From: Tubulanus polymorphus
Lineage: Eukaryota; Animalia; Nemertea
Reading direction: 5' to 3'
Assembly: GCF_964204645.1 (NCBI RefSeq)
Contig: NC_134032.1
Coordinates: 13,876,275 to 13,940,274 of the forward strand
DNA length: 64,000 nt
Below, piece by piece: positions 12,801 through 25,200 of the stretch (position 1 is its first letter; the number at the start of each line of letters is the position of its first letter). The notes beneath the pieces were generated by a model, which saw only the letters and a program-made list of their open reading frames with translations, was not told the DNA's origin and made no database searches. A program made the translations under genes and the position numbers.

Positions 12801-13643
12801 CAACAGGCTCTCCCCTCAACCCTCTGAGTGTCTCTGAGGGCAACAGGCTCTCCCCTCAACCCTCTGAGTGTTACTGAGGGCAACAGGCTCTCCCCTCAAC
12901 CCACTGAGTGTTACTGAGGGCAACAGGCTCTCCCCTCAACCCTCTGAGTAGTCACTGAGGGCAACAGGCTCTCCCCTCAACCCACTGAGTAGTCACTGAG
13001 GGCAAAAGGCTCTCCCCTCATCCCACTGAGTGCCACTGAGGGCAACAGGCTCTCCCCTCAACCCACTGAGTGCCACTGAGGGCAACAGGCTCTCCCCTCA
13101 ACCCACTGAGGGCAACCGGCTCTGTCCTCAACCCACTGAGTGCCACTGAGGGAATTGTTAACAGGATTGAGGTTTCTTGTTCTCCTCAACCCACTCGGAG
13201 CATAATTAGCAGGTTTGAAGGTTTTGGTTAACCAAGGGGGAGGCAAGAGAAGAACTTCCAACCGAGAAACTGCAGCCACCAGAAACTGCAGCCACCACGA
13301 ACCTTGAGTTGATATTGTATGTGGAGCACTTGGCTACTCTAGCTCAGGGTTAAGCCCATAAATAATGGGAAATGTTTTGAAATTTTTAACTTTTGTGTTT
13401 TTAGGTGTGAAAATGTCCGGATTGAACACGCCACCGGTGAATGTACCATCTGCTCCGGTAGCGACACCTACATCGACGACGACAACGCCGCCGAAACGCG
13501 GTCGCCTGCGAGCCGCTACTTCCGCCGGAACATCGACCGGGCCGTCGCCCGCGAAACGAGCCCGAGCTTCGTTAAACGGAGCCGAGAATAGAACGACCCC
13601 GACTCGAACTTCGCGTCGGAAATCAGCCGCCAACTATAAATAG
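6851..13643 (+). CDS. SMCHD1: SMCHD1 orthologue, 3' part (coiled coil, SMC hinge, basic tail); the 5' exons encoding the GHKL ATPase presumably lie upstream of the window
   Basis: Phase-consistent GT-AG exons: 6851-6970, 7499-7584, 8084-8203, 8771-8872, 9631-9719, 9988-10094, 10425-10495, 10989-11160, 12321-12479, 13405-13643 (TAG). The translation [31 protein letters not shown]...[17 protein letters not shown]...[19 protein letters not shown]...[21 protein letters not shown] closely matches the vertebrate SMCHD1 hinge as recalled. Confidence 0.92.
8209..8572. repeat. 31-bp minisatellite, about 12 copies, starting just after an SMCHD1 splice donor
   Basis: Unit tcgagatgattgctcgtagggtaaatcgata. 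Confidence 0.95.
8927..9231. mobile_element. hAT-like MITE
   Basis: Inverted ends cagagctgccaac / gttgacagccctg; flanks gaaaat / gaatat; internal ttactga subrepeats. Confidence 0.55.
10091..10251. repeat. 23-bp minisatellite whose unit contains the SMCHD1 exon donor site
   Basis: Unit ctaggtcagtattacatgtacaa, about 7 copies. The real donor is 10094|10095. Confidence 0.9.
12520..13200. repeat. 40/41-bp minisatellite, about 16 copies
   Basis: Unit gagggcaacaggctctcccctcaacccactgagtgctact, filling most of the last SMCHD1 intron. Confidence 0.95.
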
Positions 13644-14283
13644 ATAACTGACTTCAGTTGACTCCGGAGTCACTATGGAGTCATTTTAATCTCGTCAGTA
13701 AAGGATAATATTTTAACCAAGAAACACCATAGATTTGGGACCATGAGCAGCAATTCTCAACTGTTGACTCTGTATATAAACTATTGTGTTGTTTTACTGT
13801 GTCTGCGTAGATCGTGTCAGACGTCTAACGTACCCCCATAATCTAGGTATCAGCCTGGAACCAACTACATCCTTTTCAGACATTCATTTTAGTGCAGTAG
13901 CGTGACGTTGTACGATCAGTTTTTGAAGGTATGCTGATAAAATGTCTGCGTATTGTTCATTTTACGATTAAAAATGTCTCGGCTGAAGTAGTGAAACATG
14001 TGTGTCACCTGGACGAATCAGATAAGGTGATGAGGTATTGAATGTCTGGGGGTTTGCAGGGTCCAGGCTTCGAAGGTGTTGAGGATGCAGATTGAACAAT
14101 TCCTGTCATTACAAAAATAAACCCACTGTAGTAAACATGTAACTGCTTACTCTGGTTGCCTCAGCGCCATTCAGTTGAATCTGTCTCAATTTCGAATGAA
14201 AAATTCTTGCAATGAAGTGTCTTTATTTCGAATGAAATACTTAACTATAATTTGATATGGATTTGAAACGTAGCAAATGTTAA

Positions 14284-14560
14284 CCCTTTCAGTGCTGACT
14301 AATTTTTTCTCTAAAGCGCTTTAGATAATTTAGAAATTCTACTCCAGTGTGTCTATAACAGACATACGGCTATAGTGCGTCTACACTGCAGTGCGGTGTA
14401 TCATTAGTAACTAATATTCCATCACGTTTGACAGGTGCTGCCATCTTTCAATAGAGATAGAAAGTAATTACTTATTACATCAATACACCGCAATGCGGTG
14501 TTGGCCTACTAGTTGAGTCCATCACCGATTTATACACCACACTGCAGTGCACTGAAAGGG
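14284..14560. mobile_element. piggyBac-like MITE (family D), 277 bp, in the presumed SMCHD1 3' UTR
   Basis: TTAA|ccctttcagtgc ... gcactgaaaggg|TTAA. Confidence 0.85.
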
Positions 14561-15544
14561 TTAAATGATTTCAAAATTTTATTCATTCAAGTACTCATCT
14601 AATCTTTTTGTATGTAACACTGTATTTGTATTATATTTTCTAAGCATTTAAGATACTCACTTCCTCTGCCCCTTCGGCATTCGAGCGCACCTCCCAATGG
14701 CTTTGTGAAACTTGGGCCAAACGTCTTCTTGGGTAACTATAACTGTCATTGCGTTAGTTGTGTAATTATTAGAAGTGTTTTCAGGGATATTTTGGTCCTA
14801 AATTACCAGTCATACCGCGATAATTCATGAATTTAGCCATAAATATTGCTGACTAAATCCAAGTTTTATCTTAATTTATCTTGTTAATGTGTGTGGTCTA
14901 TTCGTATTAAATCTCTAAACCCATTTTCACAATATTCGAGCAAATTTAGTTGTTTTTATTGTCGATTGAAAAACAACCAAATTCAAACTGCTCTGTGGAA
15001 CTGTGCCCACAGTTTGTCTTAGTATACCTGTCATTTGTATGTATTGTTTTTGTATTGTAAAATGATTAAAGTGAAAATATATTTAATCAAGTCACTATAA
15101 AAACTGAGTTTGAAGAATTAGTAATTGGTATGCTGAACAGGGATGTCCTGGTTCGAACCCAGTCAACTGACATTAGTTCTGAGGAGTGTTGTGTAGTGGA
15201 TGAATAGGGATGTCCTAGGTTCGAACCCAATATATTGATATCCTGTTATAAAGATGGGAAGAAGAGTCCTTTTGTACAAAGGATGCTCGTCAAAGGATAC
15301 CGTATGGCTTCCAGGCATATTATAAATCCCCATTCCCCCAATCAATGATGTATTTTCGATTTTTTCAATTGATATATGATCGCCATCTATTAGAACTTAG
15401 TGGAACTATTAACTAGTACGACCATACACTAGTTATGCAAATGTGTGCATGTGCAGACTTAACATATTCGCCATCTACCAGATAACATGACAGTTACAGC
15501 ACTAGGTTAGTTCGTGGAAGTTCCGTTACGAATACGTTAGTTGA

Positions 15545-18089
15545 TTGGTGGCAGCACCATACGGTACCCTAGCGTGATTTCTGGGAACTAATAATACCAC
15601 ACCATATACAATTGATTAGTGCTTGGAACCAACGAAGACAAATTGGTGGCAGCACCATACGGTACCCTAGCGTGAATTCTGTGAACTAATAATACCACAC
15701 CATACACAATTGATTAGTTCTTGCAACCGACGAAGACATATTGGTGGCAGCACCATACGGTACCCTAGCGTGATTTCTGGGAACTAATAATACTACACCA
15801 TATACAATTGATTGGTGCTTGGAACCAATTAAGACATATTGGTGGCAGCACCATACGGTACCCTAGCGTGATTTCTGAGAACTAATAATACCACCATACA
15901 CAATTGATTAATGCTTGGAACCAACGAAGACATTTTGGTGGCAGCACCATACGGTACCCTAGCGTGATTTCTGAAAACTAATAATACCACCATACACAAT
16001 TGATTAGTTCTTGCAACCAACGAAGACAAATTGGTGGCAGCACCATACGGTACCCTAGCGTGATTTCTGTGAACTAATGATACCACATTACACAATGGAT
16101 TGGTGCTTGGAACCAACGAATACATATTGGTGGCAGCACCATACGGTACCCTAGCGTGATTTCTGTGAACTAATACACAATTGATTGGTGCTTGGAACCA
16201 ACGAAGACATATTGGTGGCAGCACCATACGGTACCCTAGCGTGATTTCTGAGAACTAATAATACCACCATACACAATTGATTAGTTCTTACAACCAACGA
16301 AGACAAATTGGTGGCAGCACCATACGGTACCCTAGCGTGATTTCTGTGAACTAATAATACCACACCATACACAATTGATTAGTTCTTGCTAACAACGAAG
16401 ACAAATTGGTGGCAGCACCATACGGTACCCTAGCGTGATTTCTGGGAACTAATGATACCACATAACACAATGGATTGGTGCTTGGAACCAACGAAGACAA
16501 ATTGGTGGCAGCACCATACGGTACCCTAGCGTGATTTCTGGGAACTAATGATACCACATAACACAATGGATTGGTGCTTGGAACCAACGAAGACAAATTG
16601 GTGGCAGCACCATACGGTACCCTAGCGTGATTTCTGTGAACTAATAATACCACACCATACACAATTGATTAATGCTTGCAACCAACGAAGACAAATTGGT
16701 GGCAGCACCATACGGTACCCTAGCGTGATTTCTGAGAACTAATAATACCACCATACACAATTGATTAATGCTTAAAACCAACAAAGACAAATTGGTGGCA
16801 GCACCATACGGTAACCTAGCGTGATTTCTGGGAACTAATAATACCACCATACACAATTGATTAGTTCTTGCAACCAACGAAGACATATTGGTGGCAGCAC
16901 CATACGGTACCCTAGCGTGATTTCTGGGAACTAATAATACCACCATACACAATTGATTAGTTCTTGCAACCAACGAAGACAAATTGGTGGCAGCACCATA
17001 CGGTACCCTAGCGTGATATCTGGGAACTAATACACAATTGATTGGTGCTTGGAACTAACGAAGACATATTGGTGGCAGCACCATACGGTACCCTAGCGTG
17101 ATTTCTGGGAACTAATAATACCACACCATACACAATTGATTAATGCTTGGAACCAACGGAGACAAATTGGTGGCAGCACCATACGGTAACCTAGCGTGAT
17201 TTCTGTGAACTAATACACAATTGATTGGTGCTTGGAACTAACGAAGACATATTGGTGGCAGCACCATACGGTACCCTATCGTGATTTCTGGGAACTAATA
17301 ATACCACACCATACACAATTGATTAGTTCTTGCTACCAACGAAGACAAATTGGTGGCAGCACCATACGGTACCCTAGCGTGATTTCTGGGAACTAATGAT
17401 ACCACATAACACAATGGATTGGTGCTTGGAACCAACGAAGAAAAATTGGTGGCAGCACCATACGGTACCCTAGCGTAATTTCTGTGAACTAATAATACCA
17501 CACCATACACAATTGATTAATGCTTGCAACCAACGAAGACAAATTGGTGGCAGCACGATACGGTACCCTAGCGTGATTTCTGGGAACTAATAATACCACA
17601 CCATACACAATTGATTAATGCTTGGAACCAACGGAGACAAATTGGTGGCAGCACCATACGGTAACCTAGCGTGATTTCTGTGAACTAATACACAATTGAT
17701 TGGTGCTTGGAACCAACGAAGACATATTGGTGGCAGCACCATACGGTACCCTAGCGTGATTTCTGAGAACTAATAATACCACCATACACAATTGATAAGT
17801 TCTTACAACCAACGAAGACAAATTGGTGGCAGCACCATACGGTACCCTAGCGTGATTTCTGTGAACTAATAATACCACACCATACACAATTGATTAATGC
17901 TTGGAACCAACGGAGACAAATTGGTGGCAGCACCATACGGTAACCTAGCGTGATTTCTGTGAACTAATAATACCACCATACACGATTGATTAGTTCTTGC
18001 AACCAACGAAGACAAATTGGTGGCAGCACCATACGGTACCCTAGCGTGATTTCTGTGAATTAATAATACCACACCATACACAATTGATT
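15545..18089 (+). repeat. Satellite array, left arm: about 27 units of ~96 bp (86/96/98-bp variants)
   Basis: Unit tggtggcagcaccatacggtaccctagcgtgatttctg(t/g)gaactaataataccaccatacacaattgattagttcttgcaaccaacgaagacaaat. Confidence 0.97.
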
Positions 18090-18091
18090 GT

Positions 18092-20640
18092 CAGAAATCA
18101 CGCTAGGGTACCGTATGGTGCTGCCACCAATATGTCTTCGTTGGTTCCAAGCACCAATCAATTGGGTATGGTGTGGTGTATGGTGTGGTATTATTAGTTC
18201 ACAGAAATCACGCTAGGGTACCGTATGGTGCTGCCACCAATATGTCTTCGTTGGTTCCAAGCACCAATCAATTGTGTATGGTGTGGTATTATTAGTTCCC
18301 AGAAATCACGCTAGGGTATCGTATGGTGCTGCCACCAATTTGTCTTGGTTGGTTTGAGCACTAATCAATTGGTATGGTGGTATTATTAGTTGACAGAAAT
18401 CATGCTAGGGTACCGTATGGTGCTGCCACCAATTTGTCTCCGTTGGTACCAAGCACTAATCAATTGGTATGGTGGTATTATTAGTTCACCGAAATCACGC
18501 TAGGGTACCGTATGGTTCTGCCACCAATATGTCTTCGTTGGTTGCAAGAACTAATCAATTGTGTATGGTGGTATTATTAGTTCACAGAAATCACGCTAGG
18601 GTACCGTATGGTGCTGCCACCAAAATGTCTTCGTTGGTTGCAAGAACTAATCAATTGTGTATGGTGGTATTATTAGTTCCCAGAAATCACGCTAGGTTAC
18701 CGTATGGTGTTGCCACCAATTTGTCTTTGTTGGTTCCAAGCATTAATCAATTGTGTATGATGTGGTATTATTAGTTCCCAGAAATCACGCTAGGGTACCG
18801 TATGGTGCTGCCACCATTATGTCTTCGTTGGTTCCAAGCACTAATCAATTGTGCATGGTGGTATTATAAGTTGACAGAAATCACGCTAGGGTACCGTATG
18901 GTCCTGCCACCAATATGTCTACGTTGGTTGCAAGAACTAATCAATTGTGTATGGTGGTATTATTAGTTCACAGAAATCACGCTAGGTTACCGTATGGTGC
19001 TGCCACCAATTTGTCTACGTTGGTTGCAAGAACTAATCAATTGTGTATGGTGGTATTATTAGTTCACAGAAATCACGATAGGGTACCGTATGGTGCTTCC
19101 ACCATTATGTCTTCGTTGGTTCCAAGCACTAATCAATTGTGCATGGTGGTATTTTAAGTTGACAGAAATCACGCTAGGGTACCGTATGGTGCTGCCACCA
19201 ATTTGTCTTCGTTGGTACCAAGCACTAATCAATTGGTATGGTGGTATTATTAGTTCACAGAAATCACGCTAGGGTACCGTATGGTGCTGCCACCAATATG
19301 TCTTCGTTGGTTGCAAGAACTAATCAATTGTGTATGGTGTGGTATTATTAGTTCCCAGAAATCACGCTAGGGTACCGTATGGTGCTGCCACCAATTTGTC
19401 TTCGTTGGTACCAAGCACTAATCAATTGGTATGGTGGTATTATTAGTTCACAGAAATCACGCTAGGGTACCGTATGGTGCTGCCACCAATATGTCTTCGT
19501 TGGTTGCCAGAACTAATCAATTGTGTATGGTGGTATTATTAGTTCTCGGAAATCACGCTAGGGTACCGTATGGTGCTGCCACCAATATGTTTTCGTTGAT
19601 TGCAAGAACTAATCAATTGTGTATGGTGGTATTATTAGTTCCCAGAAATCACGCTAGGGTACCGTATGGTGCTGCCACCAATTTGTCTTCGTTGGTACCA
19701 AGCACTAATCAATTGGTATGGTGGTATTATTAGTTCACAGAAATCACGCTAGGTTACCGTATGGTGCTGCCACCAATATGTCTTCGTTGGTTGCCAGAAC
19801 TAATCAATTGTGTATGGTGGTATTATTAATTCTCAGAAATCACGCTAGGTTACCGTATGGTGCTGCCACCATTATGTCTTCGTTGGTTCCAAGCACTAAT
19901 CAATTGTGCATGGTGGTATTATAAGTTGACAGAAATCACGCTAGGGTACCGTATGGTGCTGCCACCAATTTGTCTTCGTTGGTACCAAGCACTAATCAAT
20001 TGGTATGGTGGTATTATTAGTTCACAGAAATCACGCTAGGGTACCGTATGGTGCTGCCACCAATATGTCTTCGTTGGTTGCAAGAACTAATCAATTGTGT
20101 ATGGTGTGGTATTATTAGTTCCCAGAAATCACGCTAGGGTACCGTATGGTGCTGCCACCAATTTGTCTACGTTGGTTGCAAGAACTAATCAATTGTGTAT
20201 GGTGGTATTATTAGTTCACAGAAATCACGATAGGGTCCCGTATTGAAAATAGCGTTTCATGTCTTCGTTGGTTGCAAGAACTAATCAATTGTGTATGGTG
20301 GTATTATTAGTTCCTTAGAAATCACGCTAGGGTACCGTATGGTGCTGCCACCAATATGTCTTCGTTGGTTGCAAGAACTAATCAATTGTGTATGGTGGTA
20401 TTATTAGTTCTCAGAAATCACGCTAGGGTACCGTATGGTGCTGCCACCAATATGTCTTCGTTGGTTGCAAGAACTAATCAATTGTGTATGGTGGTATTAT
20501 TAGTTCTCAGAAATCACGCTAGGGTACCGTATGGTGCTGCCACCAATATGTCTTCGTTGGTTGCAAGAACTAATCAATTGTGTATGGTGGTATTATTAGT
20601 TCCCAGAAATCACGCTAGGGTACCGTATGGTGCTGCCACT
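18092..20640 (-). repeat. Satellite array, right arm: same unit in inverted orientation, about 27 units
   Basis: Reverse-complement units (cagaaatcacgctagggtaccgtatggtgctgccacca...) begin right after the junction caattgattg|tcagaaatca. Confidence 0.97.
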
Positions 20641-21241
20641 AGTTAGCCTGTGGTGGTTCCAAAAACTAATCAATTTTTGTCATTTCCATAAACATATGTG
20701 TACATGGTATCCGCAGAATAGAGGATGAACTGGAATGTCCAAAGTTCTGGGTTTGAACCTGGGACGTCCTCGTCCCTATCAGGACTGCTGATAATCATAT
20801 CTCATCGGACTGGATTCGAACCAGGGACAGTGCCATTTCAACCCCTGCACACTGTGCTCATATTTCACCTGGAAGGTTCAGCTCCTTTGATGCTGGGCTG
20901 TGAAGATACAAAATCCTAATTCACAATATACATCCAAAACGCATCATTAAAATCATTTAATTCATATCTTATATTTACACATTTTTACAAATTACTTTTT
21001 ACAGTTTTTTTTTTACTACAACAAAATACCTGAAACATTTCCCTAGACCAGTTATCGAGCACTTTCAGTCTCTTCAACTTGAGTTTGAATGAAAGAACCC
21101 CTCACACATTATATTTATGGCTTCATTCCGGCAGAAATAGAAATAAATTCAAACTCTTTCATTTTGGAACAAATCACAAAAAGTTTTCCATTCAGTATCC
21201 ATAACCAGACTAGGGGATGGCTCCAGTTAAGTGTTACATTA

Positions 21242-21461
21242 GGCTAAAAAAGATTGATACCTTGTTTCTCCGCTCTGCCGAGCTTAAATGTTAACCCGGC
21301 CGGCCGCCTATCTACCCTATACATTACTTTTTTTTAAATCGTGATCAATTTTACCATAACAGACCCAGCCAGTATAGAAATAAACTGTTTATAAATTTTA
21401 TCATATTTTACAAAAATGACCCGTCCACTGCGGAGAAACAAGGTATCAATTTTGTTTAGCC
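21242..21461. mobile_element. PIF/Harbinger-like MITE (family C), 220 bp, in the SMNDC1 3' UTR
   Basis: ~32-bp TIRs ggctaaaaaagattgataccttgtttctccgc / gcggagaaacaaggtatcaattttgtttagcc, with TTA on both sides. Confidence 0.85.
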
Positions 21462-21490
21462 TTATCCAAAATTCCTTTTTTTTTAAAACC

Positions 21491-22219
21491 TCATTTACGC
21501 CATTTTTTCTGTGAACTATACTGAGTCATCGGTTGTCCACTTACACCACAGGTTCCAACCCCCACTCGCCCGAGACTGTTCGTCGCCGCCGGTGATGCAA
21601 ATATACTCTTCTTTGTTTTACCTTTCGTAACCTAAAATTACAAAGATATGATGAAAATACGTAAGATAATAAGCTCTGAAGTGAGATATATCTGTTGTAA
21701 TGTATAGATTTCTTACAGTAGTTCATGCTGTCAATGATGGCAACAGATTTCACCAAAACGGCAAGATTACAAAGTAAACAGTATGATACAGTTCTTACAG
21801 ATACTGATCAGACTAGGAGAACAGTATCCTTCCCATAAGCAGACTCTGTATGTGTCCAGACTGGTAGAGTGGTCATCTACCCATGAGACACTGTCCAGAC
21901 TTAGAAAGGCCGAGTCAGAAAGGCCCAGAATCTGTTGCAAGAACCCGGAATCTGTTGTAAGAACCCAGAAAATAGCGAAACCGAAAATATTCACTCAAAC
22001 CTTCGTATGAAAGTTGATCCATTTATTTTTCTCATGTTCTCGCTCTTCTTCCATTTGTTTCATACGCTGAGCTTTTTTCTGACTTTTCTTACGTTTGTAC
22101 TCCCTCTGCTGAGCGATCCAGTCTTTCCTGCGGACAAACGAGATGAAAAATAATATCAATCACCGACAACAACAAAAATAGCGTCCAATTTGAGCACATT
22201 GTTTCTCTTTCAAGGCTTA

Positions 22220-22259
<40 letters not shown>

Positions 22260-25200
22260 GTGTCATATAATATAGGGCACGTGTCTCAACTCCTCACTTC
22301 AAAAGCATGTCAAATTTGGTATTATTACTCCCAGCCTATAACTATTCCGTGTATCAGTCATCTCTCCCTGGGGAGAAGTAATATCCGAGCAGCTACTATT
22401 AGCGCTCGGGCGTCATCTATCAGGTACCTTAGGGATCATTCATTTATTACGTACACATGAAATTTGACTTTTTCAACCCACCTCCCCTGTACGCAAAATC
22501 TGTCATTTTTTCATGTATATCAAGCATTACAGTACGCAATTGCACTGACCCCCTCCCCTCCCATAATGCGTACGTAATAAATATATAAGCTCTGAACGTA
22601 ATGATCCATTACCTTAATTTCACGAAATCCGAGAAAAGTGGTAAAGTCCTAAGCTATCATATCAAATGAAGGCACTCAATGATGCGTACAGTAGACTCAG
22701 CTTGCCTTCAATCTCACGTGACCAAAACTTACATTCGCCGAGGAGAGTAGGAGAGAGCTGGGTCAACATTACAAGAAACGGAGGGAATATTCTAAAATCC
22801 AAGACTCGGGTCAGTAGAGTCCGAGACACGTGATAATCCAGGTCAATAGGCCCTGTGACGAGGGACCAGTCTACTGTTATGATACGCGATATGATTATTG
22901 AATAATACAACTCTTACTTTTTCATTTTTTTCGGCCCAATCCCGTCCTCTCCTTCCGCTTTACGTCTATTTCCGCCCGGAGCTCGTTTCAGAGACGACAG
23001 CTTAAAATCGAAAACATCGAACAATAAATAATCGATTCCTCAAGGACATACCTCGACGCCCTGAATTCAGTAAGTTATACCCTTTTATTCGACAACCAAG
23101 ATTAACATTTATTTTTAAACGTAACCAAAAGAAGCGATTTCTAGCATTATTAGCATTTACATAGAAATTATAATAAACGACCCCCTGTAACCGGAAATCC
23201 GATGAGAGTAGAGATATTTCTAATCGAAGGACATTTTGTGCCCAGAGCCCTGTCTAAACCTGGTCTAAAAATCCTTCCAAACACAACACTTACCAGTTAC
23301 ACCTATCTTTCAGTAATCACTGTATACTCGATTCAGTAACTGACACCACTATAATAAACTAATATTTTTAGAGGTTTTCGTTTTTTCTTACGGTTAAAGA
23401 ATTTTTTTCGTTTGCTGTAGTAGTAGTAGTTGTCGAGTTAAAATTAATTTTGCTCTCGACTTGGGATGAACTTCACCCAGATCTGGTAGGCCTCAAATTC
23501 GATTCATCTAGAAAGCGAATCCTTGGACCTTATTATAAATAGATATGATCTATCTAATCGCTAGTATTAGAATTGAATTCGGACTTCAACAGTCATCTCC
23601 GCCAAACTCGAGACATTTAACTAATAAGTAAATAAAGTAGATAAATGGACAAGTAAATAAATTTTCTAATACCTCGGGCGTATTTTGTCGGTACCTGTGT
23701 TTGAGTTAGGTAAACCGCGTAATAAATACCGTATGTTTGCAGCCCCAGCGGTTCAGTTTGCACTACCTACCCTATAAAATTTATTCTTGGGAATCTATGT
23801 TCAATTACGGATTTCTTTTTTAAATTTGCATCCTGAATCTCTAGTTATTTACTCGAATTTCTCAAAACTTTAACAGCGATTTTATCAACGTTTTCAAACA
23901 TTATAAACCAGACCTGGATGAAGTAGGTTTAATCTTGCAGGGGAGTTTAAGGGCTATTAGTGATTGAGGGCAGGTTTAACAGAACTTACCGGAACGATTT
24001 CCGTAATATCGCTGCTATCTGTGAATGTAACTGTACACGTGCCATCATCCAATACTTCATCGATTATAGCTTCATAATCACTGAAATAATTATACACTTT
24101 AATACAGATTGCAACACCGGTTATCCAGACGGATGACAAGCACTCAATTCTCATATTTATAAGCTTCGAATAATCGATGATCAACTTTCAAGTGAATTTT
24201 TGAATACCCGAATCCAGACATTACAATTGGATCAACTTACTATTCATTAGGTTCATTTTTTCTACTCAGAAATTGGTATAATTTTCATTTCATTTTTTCT
24301 TAAAGATTAGGTTTTTCTATTATAGAAGAAATAGAACGCGGAAGACCCAGTTAAATACTAGTGACACCTGGTGGATCGTCACTTGCTATAAGCAGGGCGA
24401 CCACTTTCCACCCATTTACGAAACCCCCGAGATTATGTCATTAAACATAAAATTCTCTGAGTGAATCAAAGAAATGTGAAATCTGAATTAGAAAATAATC
24501 CTATTTTAACAGAGTGAGAATGTTTACTTACAATCCATCCGATGACCAAGCAGCTAAACAATAATCCCCGACTTTCCAGCCGACCGATTCAGTCAACTGA
24601 GGTCGACTAGCAACCGATTTCACTGCAGTCGACGTTGCCGTAGACGATGACGACGATTTATCAGCGGTCTCATTATCGCCGGTGGCGCCCTCTGTGGCCG
24701 CGACGGCTAACCCGAGTTCGTGTTGAGTGATCAAATCTTCGGTCAGGTCTAAAACTTCCTGAAAATACGTAACGTCAATGTTAACATCTTAATACAGGAT
24801 TTTAGGTCTTTTAAAACACAATCATTAAAATACGGCCAAGTTTTTTAAGATGCCACCTACCTTTAAATCTTTCTTCAATTTGAGTAAGTCATCATTTCCA
24901 GGATCAGTTGTCAATGCAGCTTCCACCTACAGGGTTAAGTGAGGTCATTGAATTAATACAACGAGAAGGTTATGTAACTAACCCAGTCTATCCCGGATAA
25001 CAGCAGTTAACCACTCTAGTCTATTTCTTTTTGTTCAAACCAGTATTGATAAAGCAGTTAAAGCATTGACATTCAATGCCAGAAGTGGTCACGTCAATGT
25101 AAAGAAACAGAAACCAGCATCTTTTTTGATAAGTCAGTAAACTGAATGGTTTGCATAAATCGATAAAGAACCGTCTTGCGAGCAGCTCGCAACAAAAACC

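Noticed and set aside
15545-20640. CRISPR-like array (conserved ~38-bp core alternating with variable segments)
   Set aside because: The variable segments are homologous to each other rather than unique spacers, there are no cas genes, and the context is eukaryotic. It is a satellite.
15829-20646. Many ORFs with repeated NHARVPYGAAT peptides
   Set aside because: A by-product of the 96-bp unit being a multiple of 3; frames are broken by the 86-, 94- and 98-bp variants.
22040-22090. Suspected frameshift or early stop in SMNDC1 exon 6
   Set aside because: Recounting the homopolymers gives an intact frame (KKSQKKAQRMKQMEEE).
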